From: an uncultured Actinomycetota bacterium
GTDB lineage: Bacteria; Actinomycetota; Actinomycetes; Propionibacteriales; Nocardioidaceae
NCBI GenBank assembly: GCA_963711615.1
Contig: CAVQEY010000004.1
Location: 38,617-102,616 of the forward strand
Length of the DNA stretch: 64,000 nucleotides
Direction of reading: 5' to 3'
The notes beneath the pieces were generated by a model that was given only the letters and a program-made list of their open reading frames with translations, was not told the origin of the DNA and searched no databases. The translations under genes were made by a program, and so were the position numbers. Positions 30,248 to 39,555 of the stretch are shown here, one piece after another. Numbering within the stretch: position 1 is the stretch's first letter; each line of letters begins with the position of its first letter.

Positions 30248-30952
30248 ATGGCCTTCATGGTGGACGTCCGCGAGTCATACGCGCGACTCGCCAGCGCGCA
30301 GAAGCCCGGCGCCGGTGTTCCGCTTTACATGCGCTTCGTCAACAGACGGCTCGGCCGGATGATCGCGGCCGTCGCGAAGCGGCTCGGCGCGACGCCCGAC
30401 CAGATGACGGCAGCGAGTGCTCTGCTCTTCGCTGCGGCGATGGTGGCGCTGGTGTGGATTGCGCCATCGATTTCTCTCGCGCTTGCCGTCACCGTTCTGC
30501 TCCAGCTCGCGTTTGCCTTCGACTCCGCGGACGGTCAGCTGGCCCGGCTGACCGGCACGGGTTCGGTGGCCGGAGAGTGGCTCGATCATGTGGTCGACGC
30601 CGCCCGCATCCTGCTGCTGCATCTCGGCGTCGCGGTGTGTCTGTATCGGCACACCGACCTCGAGACGGCGTGGTTGTTACTGCCGTTGGGATTCGCGTTC
30701 GTGGCCTCGTTGCGGTTCTTCGCGCAGATCCTGGGCGACCAGCTGATGACGTCGCCACGGACCGCTGGAGGCTCGCGGGCGTTGCTGCAGACGCCGGCTG
30801 ACCCCGGCGTGGTCAACGCGGCGTTCCTGCTGTGGCCGTGGACGCCGGTCTTCCTCGTCGGATACGCCGTGCTTGGGGCGGGGAACCTGGTGTTGCTCCT
30901 GGCCACGCTGCGTCGCCGTCATCGTGCTCTGCGGAACGGTTCGGCGCCGTGA
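30248..30952 (+). CDS. CDP-alcohol phosphatidyltransferase family protein
   Basis: TPDQMT and FDSADGQLARLTGTGSVAGEWLDHVVD (DGxxARxxxxxxxxGxxxDxxxD). Confidence 0.92.
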   Translation: MAFMVDVRESYARLASAQKPGAGVPLYMRFVNRRLGRMIAAVAKRLGATPDQMTAASALLFAAAMVALVWIAPSISLALAVTVLLQLAFAFDSADGQLARLTGTGSVAGEWLDHVVDAARILLLHLGVAVCLYRHTDLETAWLLLPLGFAFVASLRFFAQILGDQLMTSPRTAGGSRALLQTPADPGVVNAAFLLWPWTPVFLVGYAVLGAGNLVLLLATLRRRHRALRNGSAP

Positions 30953-32232
30953 GCGCCGACTTGGCTGTGCCGGGAGCGGCACGATCCCGAGTGCTCGTCG
31001 ACAACCTGCCGGCATGGCCCGTCCTGGTCATGCTCTGGGGGTTCCCCTTGTTCTGGGCACTCGGGATGACCGTCCTCCCGGCAGCCGTCACGATGACCGG
31101 AGTGATGATCGCGTTCCTGGCCCGGCAACGTGACATCACCATCGTCTCGGGCATCGGCGTCTTCATCGCCTTTGCGACGTGGGTCGCCCTCTCGGCGATC
31201 AAGCTCGACTCCGCCCTGCGCACTCTGGGGTTTCTCTACCGCTTTGCGATCATCGTCTTCGCCGTGGTTGCCTTCGTCTACGCGTTGAACGCCCGCCGAC
31301 ATCTGACTGTTCGGTCGATCGTGAACGGGCTTGCGTTCGTCTGGCTCTTCACGATCGTCGGCGGCATCCTCGGCATGATCTTCCCGGGCACCCGACTCAG
31401 TACTCCGGTCGGCTTGCTCCTGCCGTCGAGCCTCACGTCGAACGAGTACGTGCGGGACCTCTTCTTTCCGCCGCTCGCCGAGGTCCAGCATCCGTTCGGC
31501 TCACCGGAGGTCTTCGTCCGGCCCGCCGCGCCATTCCCCTACGCCAACAGCTGGGGAGTCGCCATCCTCGTCTTGACACCGGTTGCGGTGGCGGCTTTCC
31601 TGATGGCGCGCTCGTGGGCGACCCGCATCGTGCTCCTCACCGGGGCGCTCGCGATGATCCCGCCCGCCATGGCGACATCGAACCGCGGCATGTTCGCGGC
31701 GCTAGGCCTCGCGGTGATCTACATCGTGGTGCGGTTGGCGATTCGCAACCGGGCCGCACCCGTGCTGGGGCTCGGTGCGATCGGTCTCTCGGTCGCACTG
31801 TTCCTCCTGTCGCGAGGGCTCGTCGACCAGATCGCCGCACGCCAGCGCTACGGGGAGTCGACCGGGTCACGCTTCTCCCTCTATGCGGAGACCTTTCGGC
31901 GTACGTTGGACCATCCGTTGCTCGGGTACGGAGCTCCGAGGCCCTCGAGCGTGCAAGACCTTTCGGTGGGTACACAGGGATATGTCTGGACCGTGATGTT
32001 CAGCCACGGCTTCGTGGGACTCGCACTGTTCCTGTTGTTCATCTGGGGCACGACGCTCCGCACATGGCGCGCCCCGTCGGACGTCCAGCTCGTGCTGCAC
32101 AGCGTCCTCGTGGTCACGAGCTTGGCGATCCTCATCTATGGCCTCGACATCATGCAGATGCTGTCCGTGGTGCTGGTCGCCGCGATGCTGCTCCGTCGAC
32201 GCTACGGGTTGGACGAGGATGACGGCCCTTGA
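30949..32232 (+). CDS. Wzy/O-antigen ligase-like polysaccharide polymerase
   Basis: About 11 TM segments, RPAAPFPYANSWG, SNRG, large loop with R-S, PLLGYG, HGFVGL. Confidence 0.8.
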   Translation: MSADLAVPGAARSRVLVDNLPAWPVLVMLWGFPLFWALGMTVLPAAVTMTGVMIAFLARQRDITIVSGIGVFIAFATWVALSAIKLDSALRTLGFLYRFAIIVFAVVAFVYALNARRHLTVRSIVNGLAFVWLFTIVGGILGMIFPGTRLSTPVGLLLPSSLTSNEYVRDLFFPPLAEVQHPFGSPEVFVRPAAPFPYANSWGVAILVLTPVAVAAFLMARSWATRIVLLTGALAMIPPAMATSNRGMFAALGLAVIYIVVRLAIRNRAAPVLGLGAIGLSVALFLLSRGLVDQIAARQRYGESTGSRFSLYAETFRRTLDHPLLGYGAPRPSSVQDLSVGTQGYVWTVMFSHGFVGLALFLLFIWGTTLRTWRAPSDVQLVLHSVLVVTSLAILIYGLDIMQMLSVVLVAAMLLRRRYGLDEDDGP

Positions 32233-33718
32233 CGGCATGAGACTGGGTCGCGCCGCCGGCGTGAACCTTGCGGCCGGTGCCGTCGGTGCTGTTGCCAACC
32301 TGTTGATCGCCGCGCTGGTCGGACGCCATCTCGGCGTCGTCGGAGCGGGCTACTACTTTCTCGTCGTGGCGGTCTTCATGATCGCCGCCAACACGATCGA
32401 GCTTGGAGCGGACACGGGCCTGGTCCGTTTCGTGTCGGCCGCACACGCGCGGGGCCGGCCGGAGGAGATCGCGGTCGTGCTGCGATCGGCCGTTCGACCC
32501 GTCCTGGTGGCCGCTGGGCTGCTGGTGGGGGCAACCGCCGTCATCGTCCTTGCCACTGATCCGCTCGTCGGTGTCCCGCCATGGCTGCTCATCGTGGCGT
32601 CGGCCGTTGCCGGCTCGCTCGCCATGGTCGCCGTTCTGCTGGGTGTGCCCCGCGGCTACGGCGATTCACTCGTGTACCCGGCTCTGCAGAACCTCCTGCT
32701 GCCCTTGGGGAGGCTGGCGGCGATCGGGTTGGCGGTGGCGGCGGGCTGGGGCCTCTCGGGGGTACTGGCGGCGTGGCTCGTTCCGGTGCCTCTCGTCCTG
32801 GTCGTGGCGGTGGCGATCACCGTGCGGCTCCTGCGTAGGACGGAATCGCCGGCCACGATCGCTTCGAGCGACCGCAGGGAGCTCGGTGCGACCTTCTGGA
32901 AGTTCAGCACGGCACGCGGCTTCGCAGCCTGCGTCGAGATCACCCTCGAGTGGATCGACGTGGTGCTGGTCGGCATCCTCGCGTCTCCCGCGGCAGCCGG
33001 CGTGTACGCCGTCGTGACCCGATGCCTACGGGCCAGCGAGGTCGTTCAGCAAGCCGCACGAGTCGTGGTGGGGCCGCAGATCAGCGCGGCGCTGGCGCGC
33101 GGCGACACGGACCACGCTCGCGACATCTACGGTGTCGTCACCGCAGCCATGATCTGGGTGACCTGGCCGTTCTTCATCCTGCTCGCCCTGTTCGGCGACC
33201 AGGTTCTACGCGTGTTCGGGCCCGGCTTCGACAGTGGCGCGGTTCCCATGGGTGTCCTCGCCGCTGCCATGGCCATCGCGACGGCGGCCGGCACGGTGCA
33301 GTCGATCCTGCTCATGGGTGGTCGAAGCACATGGCAGCTGGCCGACAAGACCGGTGCCCTCGTGCTGAACGTCACCCTCAACATGTTGCTGATCCCCATG
33401 TGGGGCATCACGGGAGCGGCTTTGGCCTGGGCTGTCACCATCGTCGCCGACACGGCGATCGTCGTGTGGCAGGTTCAACGCCTCATGGGCATACGCCCGT
33501 CGGGCCGCCACCTGAGGCCGGCGATCATCCAACCAGTCGTTCTCCTGGCCCTGCCAGGACTCGCCGCGCGGTTGATCCTGGGTTCGTCGGTGACGACGAT
33601 GGTCGCCGCCGTCATGGTTCTGGGAGCCGTCTATCTCGTCGTCGGCTGGAAGACACGGCGCGTGCTCGGTTTCACCCGGCTGGCCGCCATCCGGTCATGG
33701 GCGGCCCCGACTCACTGA
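32219..33718 (+). CDS. Wzx-type oligosaccharide flippase
   Basis: LGADTGLVRF, WIDVVLVG, polysaccharide-synthesis C-terminal LNVTLNMLLIPMWGITGAALAW. Confidence 0.85.
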   Translation: MTALDGMRLGRAAGVNLAAGAVGAVANLLIAALVGRHLGVVGAGYYFLVVAVFMIAANTIELGADTGLVRFVSAAHARGRPEEIAVVLRSAVRPVLVAAGLLVGATAVIVLATDPLVGVPPWLLIVASAVAGSLAMVAVLLGVPRGYGDSLVYPALQNLLLPLGRLAAIGLAVAAGWGLSGVLAAWLVPVPLVLVVAVAITVRLLRRTESPATIASSDRRELGATFWKFSTARGFAACVEITLEWIDVVLVGILASPAAAGVYAVVTRCLRASEVVQQAARVVVGPQISAALARGDTDHARDIYGVVTAAMIWVTWPFFILLALFGDQVLRVFGPGFDSGAVPMGVLAAAMAIATAAGTVQSILLMGGRSTWQLADKTGALVLNVTLNMLLIPMWGITGAALAWAVTIVADTAIVVWQVQRLMGIRPSGRHLRPAIIQPVVLLALPGLAARLILGSSVTTMVAAVMVLGAVYLVVGWKTRRVLGFTRLAAIRSWAAPTH

Positions 33719-35013
33719 CCGAGCACGATGTACTCGGGCCGCGGTGGGAACAGCGCGGTGAGCGCGATGTCGACACCCTTCGAGTGGAACAGGCCGACCA
33801 GGCGTCGTAGCGCACCGGCATCGTCAGTGGTCGAACGAGCCAGGAGCACCGAGTTGGATCTCGTCGCGAGCGCGACCTTGCGGGCGTCGGACGCAACGTT
33901 CGAGGTGTCGATGATGACCACCTCGCCGGCCCAGGAGCTTCGCTTCCTGTCGGTCGGCCACCCGCGGCTGATCTTTCCCTCGTGGATCGCCCCGGCGTCG
34001 ACGAATCGTGCCTGCCGGCCGCGCCGCGACAACGCTTCGACCAGCTCCTGACCCGGCGCCGGACGACCGGCCACTGGCTCGGAGTCGACCATGATCACGA
34101 ACGTTCCTTCGGGCTCCATGTTTTGCGGGATCTTGAGCATGAAGGCAGCGATGTCCCAGGTCTCAGCGCGGTCCGTGTCCTGCGTTCCGTCGAGCACGAG
34201 CTGGTCCTCGGTGAGCGTCAGGCCGTCGACGTTGTCGATGTGTGAGTCCACATCCTTGCGCGTCAGGGCGAGCGGAACACCGATCACGAGGCCGAGGAAC
34301 ATCCCGGCGAGCCCGAGCGGGACGGTCCCCGGGGTCGCGCGATCACGCGGCCGCGTTGCGGTGCCGACGATCCTGCCGGGATCGAGGTCGAGCGTGGTGA
34401 GCTCGGCCAGCTTCGTTCCGAGGGCATCGACCTGGATCCGCCACGAACGATCCACCAGGGCTGGTGCCGGCGATCCCGACTTCGTCGACTTGGTGGCCAG
34501 GCCCTGAAGCGTGTCGACCTGCTTCTGCACCCTCTCCTCGAGGTTCTCGATCTGCGTCGCGGCACGATCATGACGGGCCATGAGATAGGCCTTCGCCACG
34601 GCGTTCGCGCCGTCGGACGCCTGCGTCCGGCTGGAGCCGACGAACCTCATGCGAAGAACCTGGGAGTCCTGAGGGGTTTCGACCGAGGTCGCGTCCTGGA
34701 CGTCCTGGGTGCTCAGCCGATGACGCGCGCGAAGCAGGGCGGCGGCGGCGGCGCCCACGACGCGCGACTGAATCAACTCCGCCTCAGTGGCCATGTTGAT
34801 GGCATGGGCGCTGTCGGCGGACGTGTTGAGCGGATCGGTGTTCATGGGGTTCACCGCAACCGTGGCCGTCGCGGCATATCGGGCCGGGATCACGAAACCC
34901 ACCACCACGCCGATCACCAGTCCTACTAGGGCCGTCGTCGCGACGACTCGCCAGTGGCGCCGCAACGCGCCGAGGACGTCCGAGAGCTGTGCAGGTTGTG
35001 CGGGGCTTGGCAT
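33712..35013 (-). CDS. Wzz/CpsC-like polysaccharide co-polymerase with a degenerate C-terminal domain
   Basis: LRRHWRVV..TM..Y.ATATV.V...NMATEAELIQS, coiled coil, second TM with P..GL.G..LG; no Walker A motif in the C-terminus. Confidence 0.75.
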   Translation of the reverse strand: MPSPAQPAQLSDVLGALRRHWRVVATTALVGLVIGVVVGFVIPARYAATATVAVNPMNTDPLNTSADSAHAINMATEAELIQSRVVGAAAAALLRARHRLSTQDVQDATSVETPQDSQVLRMRFVGSSRTQASDGANAVAKAYLMARHDRAATQIENLEERVQKQVDTLQGLATKSTKSGSPAPALVDRSWRIQVDALGTKLAELTTLDLDPGRIVGTATRPRDRATPGTVPLGLAGMFLGLVIGVPLALTRKDVDSHIDNVDGLTLTEDQLVLDGTQDTDRAETWDIAAFMLKIPQNMEPEGTFVIMVDSEPVAGRPAPGQELVEALSRRGRQARFVDAGAIHEGKISRGWPTDRKRSSWAGEVVIIDTSNVASDARKVALATRSNSVLLARSTTDDAGALRRLVGLFHSKGVDIALTALFPPRPEYIVLGQ

Positions 35014-35139
35014 GACGATGTGTCCCTTTCCGTATGACCCCGGGGTGGCCAGGCGGTTACCGAGATCAGAGCGCACATGTCGCCATCCATGACGCGACAC
35101 TCGAACACCACGACCGTCGTGTGACGCTTGATGCCTGTG

Positions 35140-35151
35140 TGACGAATTCCG
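35140..35151 (+). promoter_or_regulatory. Candidate island regulatory motif TGACGAATTCCG, copy 2
   Basis: Lies between the divergent wzz-like gene and the ECF sigma gene; identical to 27265-27276. Confidence 0.45.
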
Positions 35152-35288
35152 CAATTGTTTGGACCTTTTCTGCTCAGTTCGTGTACAGACCGTCCAAAGA
35201 CTGACTAGTTTGGTCAAACTGTCACATCCGTTTACAACTCCCCCCAGTGCCGGCCAGGACCTCGCCAGTGCGAAGAACTAGAGGAAGC

Positions 35289-36641
35289 ATGGCCAACCCG
35301 AATCTCGGAGCCGCGCTCGAGGTCGACGATGAACTCATCATCCCGGACGACGGTCTGACGCTTCTCGCTGACGATGTGCTGCTCGATCTCGTGCGCGGCG
35401 GCAGCGCCAGCGCCTACGGAGTGTTGTTCGAGCGCTATCGACATCCTGCACACCGTCTGGCGGCCTACTTCTCAAACTCTGTCGACGCCAAGGACATCGT
35501 CGCGGAAACCTTCGCGGACGTGCTCCACCAACTCCGTCGTGGCCAAGGTCCGCACACATCCTTCCGCAGCTACCTCTTCACGTCGGTCCGCCGCGAGGCA
35601 GGCAAGCGCGCGAGGTTGAACAAGCGCGTGAGGGTCACGAGCGACCTGGCGACGATCGACAAGCCCGTGCCATTCGGAGGCGGCGGCTGCGACACGTTCG
35701 AGCGCGAGCTCGTGCGGGCGGCGTTTGCATCCTTGCCCACACGTTGGCGAACCGTGCTCTGGCAGCTCGACGTGGACGGTCGGAAACCGCACGAGCTCGC
35801 ATCGCACCTGGGCTTGAAGCCCAACGCTGTTTCGGCGCTGGCCTACCGGGCTCGAGAGGGATTGAGAAAGGCCTACCTGGAACAGCACGCGCTGACGAAT
35901 GGGACATCGTTGGCCGCTGCGTGCAAGGAGGTTCGCAGCCGCCTCGTCACCTTCGTCCGTGGCTCGGCGACGACACGTGACGTGATCATGATCGACCCAC
36001 ACCTCGAGATCTGTGTCCCCTGCATGGACGTCTACCTCGAGCTCGAGGAGGTCAACACCCACCTCGGCGCAGTGTCCACAGCGCTCGCGATCGGATTCGC
36101 CGCTCCGGCAGCCGCCCCACTCGTGGGTGGCGTGGTTGCCAAGGCATCGTTTCTCGCGAAGCTCATCGCCGGCTCGCTCGGATCGACCGCCGCCGTCGTC
36201 GCCACGTCGGTGACCGTGGTGACCGTTCCCATGGAGGCTCCCGTCCAGGCGACAACCGTTCACGCGCGCCACCATTCCGTGGCGCAGGAGCCGGACCGGA
36301 GAATCGGTCCGGCCGCCGACGGGCCGGGATCGGAGAAGCAGACCGAGACGGCATCGAACATCGACACCTCCTCGGATGCAACTGACACGGTCTCACCAGG
36401 GGACCCGGGAACCACTGGCCCAGAGACGTCGGCACCGACTCCGCCGCCTGACGGTGTGACGGTCCACGTCGACAAGACCATCACATCCGCGTCCGTCAGC
36501 AGGCCCGGCATCGAGGCAGCGGTGTCGGTCAACCTCCAGAAGCCGGAGGCCACGCAGATCACGGTCAAGGTCGCGAAAAGGGTGGTGGAGCTGAAAGCCG
36601 ACACGGTGAAGGACCTGGTCGCAGGTGCCGTGGAGAAATAG
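35289..36641 (+). CDS. ECF sigma factor fused to ZAS zinc-finger motif, TM segment and extracytoplasmic tail
   Basis: Region 2 AYGVLFERY...DIVAETF...FRSYLF.SVRR; region 4 AAFASLPTRWRTVLW...ELASHLG..PNAVSALAYRAREGLR; HLEICVPC (HxxxCxxC); RBS GAGGAAG. Confidence 0.88.
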   Translation: MANPNLGAALEVDDELIIPDDGLTLLADDVLLDLVRGGSASAYGVLFERYRHPAHRLAAYFSNSVDAKDIVAETFADVLHQLRRGQGPHTSFRSYLFTSVRREAGKRARLNKRVRVTSDLATIDKPVPFGGGGCDTFERELVRAAFASLPTRWRTVLWQLDVDGRKPHELASHLGLKPNAVSALAYRAREGLRKAYLEQHALTNGTSLAAACKEVRSRLVTFVRGSATTRDVIMIDPHLEICVPCMDVYLELEEVNTHLGAVSTALAIGFAAPAAAPLVGGVVAKASFLAKLIAGSLGSTAAVVATSVTVVTVPMEAPVQATTVHARHHSVAQEPDRRIGPAADGPGSEKQTETASNIDTSSDATDTVSPGDPGTTGPETSAPTPPPDGVTVHVDKTITSASVSRPGIEAAVSVNLQKPEATQITVKVAKRVVELKADTVKDLVAGAVEK

Positions 36642-37563
36642 CGTCCCCCCCGGCCTGTTCGTGCTCGGACTGGTCATCCTTTACGTGGTCGGGGGACTTT
36701 CCATCCACGCCCTGCGGAACTCGTCCCCCCACCCGGCCACGCCGAGGCCGTCCGTGTCGCCCACCGCCGCGACGTCATGCAGCGCTGAGGAGCTACGGAA
36801 CCTCGACTATTCCCGAACGGAACAGGGCGAGCTCGCATGGGCCGATGAGTTCGACGGCGATGTCGTGAACACGCGGCGCTGGACCGTTCGCGATCGGACC
36901 ACGTTGTCGTTCGACCAGGCGGCCATCCTCGCCCGCAACGTGGCCGTCCGCGACGGCACACTGACGATCGAGGCGCGCCGTGAGTCTTGGGGCGGCCGCG
37001 ACTACACCACGGGGTATCTCGACACGATCGGGCACTTCTCCCAGCGCCACGGTCGATGGGAGATCAGGGCCCGGTTGCCGGTCACGGCCGGATCGTCACG
37101 AGGACTCTGGCCCGCGTTCTGGCTGCGTGCCGACGACGCTCCCGGCGAGATCGACGTCATGGAGGCCTGGGGAACGCCGGCCGACGATCCCCTGACCGGT
37201 CCGGCACGGTATGCGTGGAACGTCCATGAGGACACGAACGCACCGGCGGGCAGCGGGAGCGGTCGGTTTCACGGCTGGGGCACGGCGCCGGGTAAGACGT
37301 CGCTCGCGGACGACTTCCACGTTTTCGCGGTCGACTGGTCACCTGAGTGCCTCATGTTCACCCTCGACGGCCGCGTCACCGGATCAGTCGGCCTCGACGC
37401 CGCCGGCTGGCTGTCGGCCGCCCTGAAGGGGACGGTCAACATCCGGCTCAACCTCCAGGTCGGGAGCCACTACTGGGGTCGAGTCGACCGGAGCAGGCCC
37501 GAGCTCACGCGGTTGCCGGCACGACTGGTGGTCGACTACGTCCGTGTCTTCGAGCGGCGATGA
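36625..37563 (+). CDS. GH16 glycoside hydrolase, membrane-anchored (paralog of 24591-26027)
   Basis: N-terminal TM; WADEF, GLWPAFWL, EIDVME, VDYVRVF. Confidence 0.9.
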   Translation: MPWRNSVPPGLFVLGLVILYVVGGLSIHALRNSSPHPATPRPSVSPTAATSCSAEELRNLDYSRTEQGELAWADEFDGDVVNTRRWTVRDRTTLSFDQAAILARNVAVRDGTLTIEARRESWGGRDYTTGYLDTIGHFSQRHGRWEIRARLPVTAGSSRGLWPAFWLRADDAPGEIDVMEAWGTPADDPLTGPARYAWNVHEDTNAPAGSGSGRFHGWGTAPGKTSLADDFHVFAVDWSPECLMFTLDGRVTGSVGLDAAGWLSAALKGTVNIRLNLQVGSHYWGRVDRSRPELTRLPARLVVDYVRVFERR

Positions 37564-37622
37564 GCGATCGGGGTCCGTTCTCGGTCGATCGGCCACGACT
37601 TCGACTGTTCGGCCTCGATTCT

Positions 37623-37634
37623 TGACGATTTCCG
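37623..37634 (+). promoter_or_regulatory. Candidate island regulatory motif TGACGATTTCCG, copy 3
   Basis: 11/12 match to the other two copies; upstream of the cytidylyltransferase-GT operon. Confidence 0.4.
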
Positions 37635-37712
37635 GGGAACTGCCGTCAGACTGAGGTTGTCCCGAACTCCCTATACGGGAGCGCCCAACAGACGCTGCCA
37701 TGAAGGGATCCC

Positions 37713-38165
37713 GTGTCCACAACGACGCACAAGACGTATCGCGTTGGTTATGCCAGCGGAGTCTTCGACATGTTTCATGTCGGTCACCTGAACCTTCTCC
37801 GGAGTGCCCGAAGCCGATGCAGCTACCTCGTCGTGGGCGTCGCGAGCGACGAGTACGCTGATCAGGTCAAGGGCCGACCGCCAGTTGTCCCGTGCGATGA
37901 ACGCATCGAGATCATCTCGGCGCTCGGCATCGTCGACGAGGTCGTCATCGATCGTTCGGTGGACAAGATGCTGATCTGGCAGCAGCGCCCGTTCGACGCC
38001 ATCTTCAAGGGCACGGACTGGCAGGGCACACCCAAGGGCTATCGACTCGAACGCGCGATGGCGGAGGTCGGCGCCGACGTCGTCTACTTCCCGTACACGC
38101 GGCAGACCTCCAGCACGCTGTTGCGCACGTTCTTCGACGACACCGAGATGGAGGGCGGACCGTGA
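37713..38165 (+). CDS. Cytidylyltransferase (glycerol-3-phosphate cytidylyltransferase/TagD-like)
   Basis: GVFDMFHVGHLNLL (HxGH), FKGTDW, YFPYTRQTSSTLLR. Confidence 0.9.
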   Translation: MSTTTHKTYRVGYASGVFDMFHVGHLNLLRSARSRCSYLVVGVASDEYADQVKGRPPVVPCDERIEIISALGIVDEVVIDRSVDKMLIWQQRPFDAIFKGTDWQGTPKGYRLERAMAEVGADVVYFPYTRQTSSTLLRTFFDDTEMEGGP

Positions 38166-39106
38166 GCCTGCGTGACGCCGGCACGAAAGTGGTCGCCAGC
38201 CCAGCGGTCACCGCCGTCGTTCCCACGCACCGGAGACCGGACCTGATGCGCCGGGCCGTGCAGAGCATCCTCGACCAGGACTATCCAGGACTCATCGAGA
38301 TCGTTGTCGTGTTCGACGACTGCGCCCCGGAACTTCCCGACGTCAAGACCGGGTCAATGCGGACGCTGCATGCTGTCGTCAACGAGCGGGTCAGAGGTCT
38401 GGCCGGTGCACGAAATACCGGGATCCTGGCCGCGTCTCACGGTTTCGTCGCCTTCCTGGACGACGACGACGCCTGGCTCCCGGGCAAGTTGACCGCCCAG
38501 ATGCCGCTCTTCGAAGAGCACTTGGACGTCCGTCTCGTCGGCTCCGCGATGCAGGTAGACGACGGTCGCCAGATCCATGCGCGGCTCGTCCCCACCGACG
38601 TCGTCACCCGAGACGATCTCGTCCGCAACCGACTGGCCGGCCTGCACTCCAGCAGCTTCGTCTTCCGCCGCGATGCGCTGGTCGACGAGATAGGGCTCAT
38701 CGACGAAGACCTGCCCGGGGCCTACGGCGAGGACTACGACGTATTGCTCATGACAGCCGGGATCGCTCCCATCCGTCTGGTGAACGAACCGCTCGTGTCG
38801 GTGCGGTGGCAGGGTCAGTCGTACTACTTCGGACGTTGGGCTGAGTATGCGAGGGCACTGGCCTACCTCTTGGCCAAGCATGAGGACATCGCTGACGATC
38901 CAGACGCCCTCGCCCGAATTCGGTCTCAGATCGCGTTCGCACTTGCCGCATCCCGCCAGGGGCGCGCCTCGCGCTCTCTCATCCGCGACGTGTTGCGCCA
39001 CCAACCACGAAACCTGCGCGCCTGGCTCGCGCTGGCGATCTCCTTCCGCCTGCTCTCCGCCGATGCCGTCGGACGACTGGCGAATCGATTCGGGAAGGGC
39101 ATCTGA
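38162..39106 (+). CDS. GT2 glycosyltransferase
   Basis: VVPTHRRPDL, GLAGARNTG, FLDDDD, EDYD. Confidence 0.9.
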   Translation: MSLRDAGTKVVASPAVTAVVPTHRRPDLMRRAVQSILDQDYPGLIEIVVVFDDCAPELPDVKTGSMRTLHAVVNERVRGLAGARNTGILAASHGFVAFLDDDDAWLPGKLTAQMPLFEEHLDVRLVGSAMQVDDGRQIHARLVPTDVVTRDDLVRNRLAGLHSSSFVFRRDALVDEIGLIDEDLPGAYGEDYDVLLMTAGIAPIRLVNEPLVSVRWQGQSYYFGRWAEYARALAYLLAKHEDIADDPDALARIRSQIAFALAASRQGRASRSLIRDVLRHQPRNLRAWLALAISFRLLSADAVGRLANRFGKGI

Positions 39107-39555
39107 TGAAGGTGCTCATCGTCTGCTCGTCCGGCGGTCATCTCGCTCAGGCGCTGGCGCTGAAGCCGTGGTGGGGTGATCACGATCGGCTGTGGGTCAC
39201 CGGGCCGACACAGGATGCGCGGATGAAGCTGAGGGGCGAACAAGCCGTCGCGTGCCACTGGCCGACCCAGCGCAGCATTCCGAACCTCCTGCGCAACGCA
39301 CGACTGGCTCGCCGTGTGCTGCACGACTATCGCCCCGACATCGTCTTCAGCACCGGAGCCGCCGTTGCCGTGCCGTTCATGTGGCAGGCCCACAGCGTCG
39401 GCGCACGCTCGATCTATCTCGAGACCGTCGATCGCATCGACAAACCGTCGTTGAGTGGTCGCCTGGTCTACCCGATCGTCGATGAGTACCTCACCCAGTG
39501 GGAACAGCTCGGCGAACGTTTGCCGCGCTCGAAGCTCGTGGGGCTGGTCCTGTGA
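39106..39555 (+). CDS. PssD/Cps14F (Alg14-like) glycosyltransferase subunit
   Basis: VCSSGGHLAQ, RPDIVFSTGAAVAVPF, YLET.DRI..PSLSGRL, QWE. Confidence 0.9.
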   Translation: MKVLIVCSSGGHLAQALALKPWWGDHDRLWVTGPTQDARMKLRGEQAVACHWPTQRSIPNLLRNARLARRVLHDYRPDIVFSTGAAVAVPFMWQAHSVGARSIYLETVDRIDKPSLSGRLVYPIVDEYLTQWEQLGERLPRSKLVGLVL

